This document shows positions 58,379 to 64,000 of a DNA stretch of 64,000 bases, piece by piece. Each line of letters opens with the position of its first letter. Position 1 is the stretch's first letter. The translations under genes were made by a program, and so were the position numbers. The notes beneath the pieces are model-generated. The model was not told the origin of the DNA. It saw only the letters and a program-made list of their open reading frames with translations, and ran no database searches. The DNA is from an uncultured Candidatus Saccharibacteria bacterium (GTDB taxonomy: Bacteria > Patescibacteriota > Minisyncoccia > 2-02-FULL-40-12 > GWA2-44-9). Location: positions 81,970-145,969 of the forward strand of contig CAZBFM010000001.1 in the NCBI GenBank assembly GCA_964491455.1. Direction: 5' to 3'.

Positions 58379-58918
58379 ATGTTTACAACCAGTTTTATTC
58401 TCTCGGCGGCGATGCTGGTTATCGCCTTAGTTCTGATTTGGAAGGCCGCAGGTTTGGCGCAGCTCGTGTATGCTCATGAACGCACGACACGGAAAAATCA
58501 TGAGCTGAGCGAGAAGAGTAAAAGAGTTTCCGATCGCATAAAGCTATTGCTTGCGAAGATCAACTACCTCGACGAAGAAACCGTCTACGATGAGCTATCC
58601 AGCGATGAGGCGCTTATTCATGCGAGAGCAATCACCGCTGAAGTGAAATCCATCTACGATGCGTGTCACGACGTCGGGGAAGTGCACGGTGAATTTGTGC
58701 CATGGCTTGATCACCATACGGCAGTCATGCGGAGTACATTCTGGGGTTTGCTTGAATGGGGAGAGCGCTCCACGGTTGTTCAATTGATCATGGATCAGCT
58801 CGAAAGTCGAGGTGTCTGCGTGGAGTTCCTGATCGACTCTTACGATCTCAGCTGCAGGACTGGATTCGCACCTGAACTGACCCAAGAGGCTATCGAGGCC
58901 TACTACCAGCCGCGATGA
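58379..58918 (+). CDS. hypothetical membrane-anchored protein, paralog of 56975-57541
   Basis: AAGGAG RBS; sequence blocks shared with 56975; terminator GCTCGGAAAT..ATTTCCGAGC at 58926-58957. Confidence 0.5.
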   Translation: MFTTSFILSAAMLVIALVLIWKAAGLAQLVYAHERTTRKNHELSEKSKRVSDRIKLLLAKINYLDEETVYDELSSDEALIHARAITAEVKSIYDACHDVGEVHGEFVPWLDHHTAVMRSTFWGLLEWGERSTVVQLIMDQLESRGVCVEFLIDSYDLSCRTGFAPELTQEAIEAYYQPR

Positions 58919-59129
58919 GTTAGCAGCTCGGAAATCACCTATTTCCGAGCTTTTTTGTAACTTGCTTTTTTGTGGAGACTATGCTATACTTATATTCAGC
59001 GTAGGTATCTCGGCAGCCAGTCGCCTCGGCGAAGGGTCTCGACGGGAGGTCGCCCTCACGCAATTATACGTGAAGTGTACCGGTTTGCTCAACGATTTCG
59101 TTGGTCGAAACGCACACTTCGCAGATGAA

Positions 59130-59426
59130 ATGGCGAACAAGCTTTACATCGGTAACTTGCCTTACAGCACGACCGGTGATGAGTTGCAGCAAATGTTTTC
59201 GCAGGCAGGAACAGTCTCTGAAGCCGTCGTTATGATGGACAAGATGACTGGTCGTTCCCGCGGATTCGGTTTCGTCACCATGGCATCCGATGAGGATGCA
59301 CAGAAGGCCATTGAAATGTTCAATGGTAAGGAGAACGGCGGCCGCGCAATCGTGGTCAATGAAGCCCGTCCTATGGAGCAGCGTGCTCCTCGTTCTGATC
59401 GTGGTGGCTTCGGTGGCGGCTACTAA
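59130..59426 (+). CDS. RRM-type RNA-binding protein with Gly-rich tail
   Basis: RNP-2 LYIGNLPY and RNP-1 RGFGFVTM; C-terminal RGGFGGGY; long leader upstream; terminator at 59446-59470. Confidence 0.8.
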   Translation: MANKLYIGNLPYSTTGDELQQMFSQAGTVSEAVVMMDKMTGRSRGFGFVTMASDEDAQKAIEMFNGKENGGRAIVVNEARPMEQRAPRSDRGGFGGGY

Positions 59427-59510
59427 GCCTCACTGAGCAACTGCAAAAACCCCCTCACGGGGGTTTTTGCTTTCTCTTGTTTGTAGGCGAGAACGCGGTA
59501 CACTTGTCGC

Positions 59511-59762
59511 ATGCATTTTAATACAAAAATACGAATACTCGAGTTTATCGTTGCGGGTATACTATTGGACCTCGTTGAGAACGCTATCGTTATGCGTGTC
59601 ACTACAGGTGAGAGTATGGCATTGACAGAGATGGGCGTTGCGATGCTCGTGATTATTCCGTTTGCAGTGTTAACGGAGCTGGTGATTGACCATCCTCGGT
59701 TTTGGCATCGACTCTTCCGTCGTAGGGGCCACAAATTCGATCACTTGGATTTAAGCGCATAA
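59511..59762 (+). CDS. hypothetical small membrane protein
   Basis: Two TM helices. Confidence 0.35.
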   Translation: MHFNTKIRILEFIVAGILLDLVENAIVMRVTTGESMALTEMGVAMLVIIPFAVLTELVIDHPRFWHRLFRRRGHKFDHLDLSA

Positions 59763-59766
59763 CCAG

Positions 59767-60285
59767 ATGCTCTTGGTGATTACTGGAAATGGGAAAGGGA
59801 AGACTACATCCGCGATCGGACAAGCTGTGCGCATGGTCGGAGATGGGAAGTGTGTGCTCATGGTGCAATTCATAAAGGGGCCTTGGCGATCCGGTGAGGA
59901 CGATGCGCAAATGCTGCTGCGTCCTTCGTTTAAGATTATAAAAACGGGACTTGGCTTCGTCGGTATTCTTGGTGATACACTCCCGCGCGCTGAGCATGCT
60001 CGTGCGGCGCATGAGGGACTCGCATTGGCATACACCGAGATGATGAGTGGCAAATGGAACGCACTGATCTTGGACGAGATTAATGTGGCAATACAACTCC
60101 AGCTTGTCTCGCTTACTGATGTGCTTTCGTTCTTGCGTGACGTACCGCAGGGCATGGATATTATCCTTACCGGGCGTGATGCGAAGCCGGATCTCATCGA
60201 GCTTGCGGATATCGTGTCGGATGTCACTGAGGTAAAGCATCCCTACCAGCAAGGAGAGGAGGGAAAAAAAGGAATTGAATGGTGA
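59767..60285 (+). CDS. cobO: cob(I)yrinic acid a,c-diamide adenosyltransferase (CobA/CobO/BtuR family)
   Basis: P-loop-like ITGNGKGKTTSAIGQA and overall BtuR-family length. Confidence 0.75.
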   Translation: MLLVITGNGKGKTTSAIGQAVRMVGDGKCVLMVQFIKGPWRSGEDDAQMLLRPSFKIIKTGLGFVGILGDTLPRAEHARAAHEGLALAYTEMMSGKWNALILDEINVAIQLQLVSLTDVLSFLRDVPQGMDIILTGRDAKPDLIELADIVSDVTEVKHPYQQGEEGKKGIEW

Positions 60286-60286
60286 T

Positions 60287-60655
60287 ATGAGTTTTAAGAT
60301 TCCAAAAAACGATCATAAGTATCGATGGACGAACCACGTGATACGAAAGATGCAGTACTATGGCCTCACGCCCAGTAGGATTTTGCGTGTCATCCGTGCT
60401 CCGGAGCGCACCGAAGATGGCATTGTTGAAGGCACGATTGCGGCAATGCAAACGGCGGGTACAAAGGTAAAGCCGTGGGAAATATGGACAATGTGGAAGG
60501 AGCTGGGCAAAAGTGATGGGCCTCTATCCGTCTCAAAAAAGGTCGTCATTACCGCCTGGAGATACCCTGGCGTCTCTCCTGTGCGTGAGCGCGCGCCCAT
60601 ACCGTCTGACATCATCGCAGAACTGGAACGAGAGGGTGTCTTGGATGAGGAATAA
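60287..60655 (+). CDS. hypothetical protein
   Basis: ORF following cobO; start could be TTG at 60275. Confidence 0.4.
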   Translation: MSFKIPKNDHKYRWTNHVIRKMQYYGLTPSRILRVIRAPERTEDGIVEGTIAAMQTAGTKVKPWEIWTMWKELGKSDGPLSVSKKVVITAWRYPGVSPVRERAPIPSDIIAELEREGVLDEE

Positions 60656-60657
60656 TA

Positions 60658-60915
60658 GTGTGGTATAGTAGGGGTATGTTTAAGGACATATTACAGGTGC
60701 CCATCGATCATCAGTTGTGGTACTTCGCATTGTTCGCGTGGGTGATAGCCTGGAAGGCGATGGCGCTCTGGAAAGCTGCTCATCGAGAGCAGAAGTGGTG
60801 GTTTGGGGCGTTTCTCGTAGTCAACACGCTCGGTATCCTCGAGATACTCTACGTCTACGTGTTTTCGGTCGAGCGCAGCGAGAAGGACTCACGCTCCGAG
60901 GTTGAGCGTCCCTAA
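60658..60915 (+). CDS. hypothetical small membrane protein
   Basis: Two Trp-rich TM helices. Confidence 0.35.
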   Translation: MWYSRGMFKDILQVPIDHQLWYFALFAWVIAWKAMALWKAAHREQKWWFGAFLVVNTLGILEILYVYVFSVERSEKDSRSEVERP

Positions 60916-60919
60916 TACA

Positions 60920-62050
60920 CTAGGATGTCTTCGATTTTCTGAACGTTCCTAGCACGCGTCGTTTTGTCTGCGCATATGTTCCCGCATCCATGGATGCGCG
61001 GATGCGCTCGAGGAGTTGATTGAACCAGCGAACGTTATGGAGGGTAGCGAGGCGGCCTGCTTCTTTATCGTGTGTTCGAAAGAGGGTGTGTAGTTTTTTT
61101 ATCGAGGCTCGTGATACGAGGAGCTTTCTGGTGTCGTGTGCGTAGCGAGCCTTGCGCACATCAATTGCGCCTTCATCGGTGTAGATGCGCGCATGTCGTG
61201 CCTCGCGTGTAGGGATAACGCAGTCAAAGGTATCAGCACCGCCGTCGATAGCATCAAATATATCCTCGACCGTTCCAATGCCCAGCAAGTGCCGTGGCTT
61301 GTCATCGGGAAGATGGGGAATAACCGCATCGAGCGTGGACCGCATCTCATCTTTGCCAAACGAGCCGCCGATGCCAAATCCGTCAAAACTCATAGCGCCA
61401 ATCGTTTTTGCGCTCCGAGCGCGTAGCTTTTTAAACCGTCCCCCCTGCACAATGCCGTACAGCATCTGATTCTGTTTGGTGTGCGCATCGAGGCAACGTT
61501 GTGCCCATCGATGCGTGCGCTCCATCGATGTCTTGGTGTATGCAAACGGGTGAAGTGGAGATGTGCATTCATCGAATGCAAAGATGATGTCCGCTCCCAG
61601 GCGTTGCTGAGTAGCGATGGAAGTCTCGGGAGAGATGATGCGCTCTACGCCGTCAACATCAAAACGCGCGCCTTCCTCAGTGAGGGTAACGTTATTGCGT
61701 TGTGAGGGCGTGCGGACTGGCTGGCGCAACACCTTGCCCACGCCTTGCTCGCGAGAAGCGCCGAGCGAGAATACCTGAAATCCGCCCGAGTCCGTCATCA
61801 TCGGCATTGGCACGCCAAGGATGCGGTGTGCATGTCGCTTGCCCCAAAGGTGATAGGTATTTGAGATTACCATCTGTGTTTTTGTTTTCTTGATATCGCT
61901 TGGCGTGAGTGTTTTGATGTGCGCATGAGTGGCGACGATCACATAAGCGGGTGTCTGCACAACGCCATGTGGTGTTGTGAGTATGCCTCGTCGCGCGCGC
62001 GAAGAACGAGAGCGTTTGGTGATGACAAATGAGGGGGCGGCTGATGATTT
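60920..62050 (-). CDS. tgt: queuine tRNA-ribosyltransferase (tRNA-guanine transglycosylase)
   Basis: ILTTPHGVVQTPAYV...VISNTYHLW...MTDSGGFQVFSLG core TGT motifs. Confidence 0.85.
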   Translation of the reverse strand, partial: KSSAAPSFVITKRSRSSRARRGILTTPHGVVQTPAYVIVATHAHIKTLTPSDIKKTKTQMVISNTYHLWGKRHAHRILGVPMPMMTDSGGFQVFSLGASREQGVGKVLRQPVRTPSQRNNVTLTEEGARFDVDGVERIISPETSIATQQRLGADIIFAFDECTSPLHPFAYTKTSMERTHRWAQRCLDAHTKQNQMLYGIVQGGRFKKLRARSAKTIGAMSFDGFGIGGSFGKDEMRSTLDAVIPHLPDDKPRHLLGIGTVEDIFDAIDGGADTFDCVIPTREARHARIYTDEGAIDVRKARYAHDTRKLLVSRASIKKLHTLFRTHDKEAGRLATLHNVRWFNQLLERIRASMDAGTYAQTKRRVLGTFRKSKTS

Positions 62051-62144
62051 CATAGCAAAATATGATACAACAAAAATACAATTTGGCAATTATTGCGCAC
62101 TGGCTGATGTGCTATGATGAAGGGGTATTTCTAACAGTTCAACG

Positions 62145-62390
62145 ATGCCACCCATTACCATTTACTCAACACCAACCTGCGGATACTGTCAGCAAGCCAA
62201 GCAATATTTAGCGTCAAAGAACGTGCCCTATACGGAAGTGGATGTTTCAACGGATCGGACCAAGCAAGAAGAGATGGTCGCCAAAAGCGGGCAATTCGGC
62301 GTTCCGGTGATTGATGTTGGCGGAAAGATCATTGTCGGCTTCGACAAGCGCAAGCTCGATGAATACGCAGGTATCACTTCTCATGCCTAA
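62145..62390 (+). CDS. glutaredoxin-like protein (NrdH/Grx fold)
   Basis: ITIYSTPTCGYCQQAK CxxC active site, 81 aa, GVPVI motif. Confidence 0.75.
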   Translation: MPPITIYSTPTCGYCQQAKQYLASKNVPYTEVDVSTDRTKQEEMVAKSGQFGVPVIDVGGKIIVGFDKRKLDEYAGITSHA

Positions 62391-62991
62391 TATGGAAACG
62401 AAACCATTATCATTCGATCAGACAAAGTTGGAGGGTATCAGTGAGAAGACGCTCGCGGTTCATCATGACAAGCTCTATGCGGGATACGTTGCCAAGGCAA
62501 ATGAAATTTCGGAGAAGCTCAAGGCAGCAGCATCTGATGAGTCGACGAGCGGCAACGCAACATACTCTGAGTTACGTGCGCTGAAAGATGCAGAGACATT
62601 TGCGGTCAATGGCGTCTATCTGCACGAGTGGTATTTTGATGTGCTTGGCGGGGATGGCGTATCTGACAAGGCACCAGAGCTATCGAAGGCACTCAGTGAA
62701 AAATGGGGATCAGTTGCTAATGGGATTCGTCATTTTTCAGAATGCGCTATGGCATCACGAGGATGGAGTGTTTTGTGCTGGGACACCAATGCGGGAAAGC
62801 TGAAACACTATAACGGCGACTCTCACAACCAGGGCGGAGTCTGGGGGTGCATGCCGATTATTGTGCTCGATGTGTATGAGCATGCGTACTTCATGGATTT
62901 TGGAAGCGACAAGAAATCGTACATTGCTGCATTCTGGAAGAACATGAATTGGGAAAAAGCGGAGCAGTTATATCTTGAAGCAAAGCGTTAA
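62383..62991 (+). CDS. Fe/Mn-family superoxide dismutase
   Basis: N-terminal HHDKLYAGYV and C-terminal LDVYEHAYFMDF (DxWEHAYY-type) metal-ligand motifs; start overlaps the grx stop; bidirectional terminator at 62996-63024. Confidence 0.8.
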   Translation: MPNMETKPLSFDQTKLEGISEKTLAVHHDKLYAGYVAKANEISEKLKAAASDESTSGNATYSELRALKDAETFAVNGVYLHEWYFDVLGGDGVSDKAPELSKALSEKWGSVANGIRHFSECAMASRGWSVLCWDTNAGKLKHYNGDSHNQGGVWGCMPIIVLDVYEHAYFMDFGSDKKSYIAAFWKNMNWEKAEQLYLEAKR

Positions 62992-63026
62992 ACGAGAAAA
63001 ACCCCCGACGATGTCGGGGGTTTGCG

Positions 63027-63509
63027 TTACGCAGCTGGATCAAGTGTGCCAAACCACTTGAAGCCGATGATGCCGTCCTTGATGACGATAGTCATCGGCC
63101 GCTCACCATCAGTGATGCGCTTGCTCGATTCTTGGTCAAGCATCTGCCGTTCAACGACAAGTGTCGCGTAGACGTCGCGCTGCTTATCTGGCGTGAGTGT
63201 GTTGAGTACCAGGAAGAAGTGACCCGCAGGTTTCGAAAACGGATCTGGAAATGCTGCGGTTACGTTCCAAGCGCCCTCGGGCAACTCAGACTCGCGTTCG
63301 GGCCTCAAGTTGAACTGAAACGCGTTTGCGATGACCCAGCATCGGAAAACGTCGTATCCGATGAAGACGATAGCACAGCATGCTCCGAAAGCGGCAGCGC
63401 CTCGGAACTCTTCATTCTTGCGAGTGTACACGAACAACTGCAGCACAACGAAGACGAGATAGGCAAGTGCAGCCCAGAGCGTGAACGATCCGACACGTTT
63501 TTGGTTCAT
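63027..63509 (-). CDS. hypothetical membrane protein
   Basis: Two N-terminal TM helices; 160 aa. Confidence 0.45.
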   Translation of the reverse strand: MNQKRVGSFTLWAALAYLVFVVLQLFVYTRKNEEFRGAAAFGACCAIVFIGYDVFRCWVIANAFQFNLRPERESELPEGAWNVTAAFPDPFSKPAGHFFLVLNTLTPDKQRDVYATLVVERQMLDQESSKRITDGERPMTIVIKDGIIGFKWFGTLDPAA

Positions 63510-63564
63510 TAAAGAGCCTTCCTTTCGGATAAAATAATAGCACGATATTCATAAATCGTCAATA

Positions 63565-64000
63565 TTATCGCCAGGTGGCTAGCCATGCGCGAGCATGCTG
63601 GGCTGATGCCGACATGGGGAGCCCGTAAGAGAGGGGGGCAAAGAAAACAAACAGCGCCAACGCTATTGCACACAGAGCTGCATACGAACGCTTTGACAGG
63701 TGTGACTGATCGACGACAAACGCCAGCGCAAGAATCGCCCACAACAACGCTGTGAAGTAGTGATACAGAAACATTACGCGTGATATACCGATAAACGGCA
63801 GCAGGTTGCTCGTCCATCCGATGAGAATGATCGCAGGCGTCATCTTGAGCGCGCGAACACCTGATGCCATTAGTTGCGCCAGAAGTGTCGCCATGGCAAC
63901 CGCAGAAAGCCACCACACTGCCGGATTGCCGATGAGGTAGATGCGAGCATTGCCTTCAATCCAGTAGAATATTGGGCGAAGCATGAGCGGCCATGTGTAC
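63565..64000 (-). CDS. C-terminal part of a GT39/PMT-like (ArnT-type) membrane glycosyltransferase; 5' end lies beyond the window
   Basis: Multiple TM helices and a WIEGNARIYLIGNPAVWW-like C-terminal region; the ORF runs off the window edge on the minus strand. Confidence 0.4.
   Translation of the reverse strand, partial: YTWPLMLRPIFYWIEGNARIYLIGNPAVWWLSAVAMATLLAQLMASGVRALKMTPAIILIGWTSNLLPFIGISRVMFLYHYFTALLWAILALAFVVDQSHLSKRSYAALCAIALALFVFFAPLSYGLPMSASAQHARAWLATWR

Noticed and set aside
1-64000. CRISPR array search
   Set aside because: I found no series of regularly spaced direct repeats (23-50 nt) anywhere, including near the Cas4-like gene.

Overview
Coding-dense bacterial chromosomal window of about 64 kb. 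Genes are mostly short, each with a recognisable sigma70-type promoter and a rho-independent terminator. Housekeeping genes I can support from motifs: a CobW/COG0523 GTPase, an acyl-lipid desaturase, dnaG-rpoD, tdk, msrB-msrA, trpS with a convergent tRNA-Trp, murJ, a MacAB-type efflux trio, truB, obg, typA, eno plus a minimal pyk, tgt, a glutaredoxin and an Fe/Mn SOD. The main feature is an AT-richer insertion from tRNA-Asn(GTT) at 6425-6496 to about 22 kb. A large serine recombinase gene abuts and overlaps the tRNA 3' end. It is the last gene of a tightly overlapping minus-strand operon that also encodes an excisionase-family HTH (57 aa, missed by the ORF track), a 1160-aa protein fusing an N-terminal single-HKD phospholipase-D nuclease to an SNF2/SF2 helicase, and a 1018-aa gamma-class N6-adenine methyltransferase with a type IIG / PglX / DrmMI-like layout. 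I read the helicase-MTase pair as a compact, possibly undescribed DISARM-like or ATP-dependent restriction-like defence module carried on an integrative element. The same island also carries a Cas4-like Fe-S PD-(D/E)xK nuclease coupled to an HNH nuclease, a possible replication initiator or relaxase, and a membrane-anchor plus 848-aa secreted-protein pair. Other curiosities: a Lys-rich histone-like tail on RpoD, a family of near-identical palindromic terminators, three mini-ORFs sharing an R-x-P-K-K motif, a standalone HD-GYP protein, and a tandem array of paralogous membrane-anchored proteins with paralogous terminators. All calls rest on motif reading of the translations; no database searches were possible.
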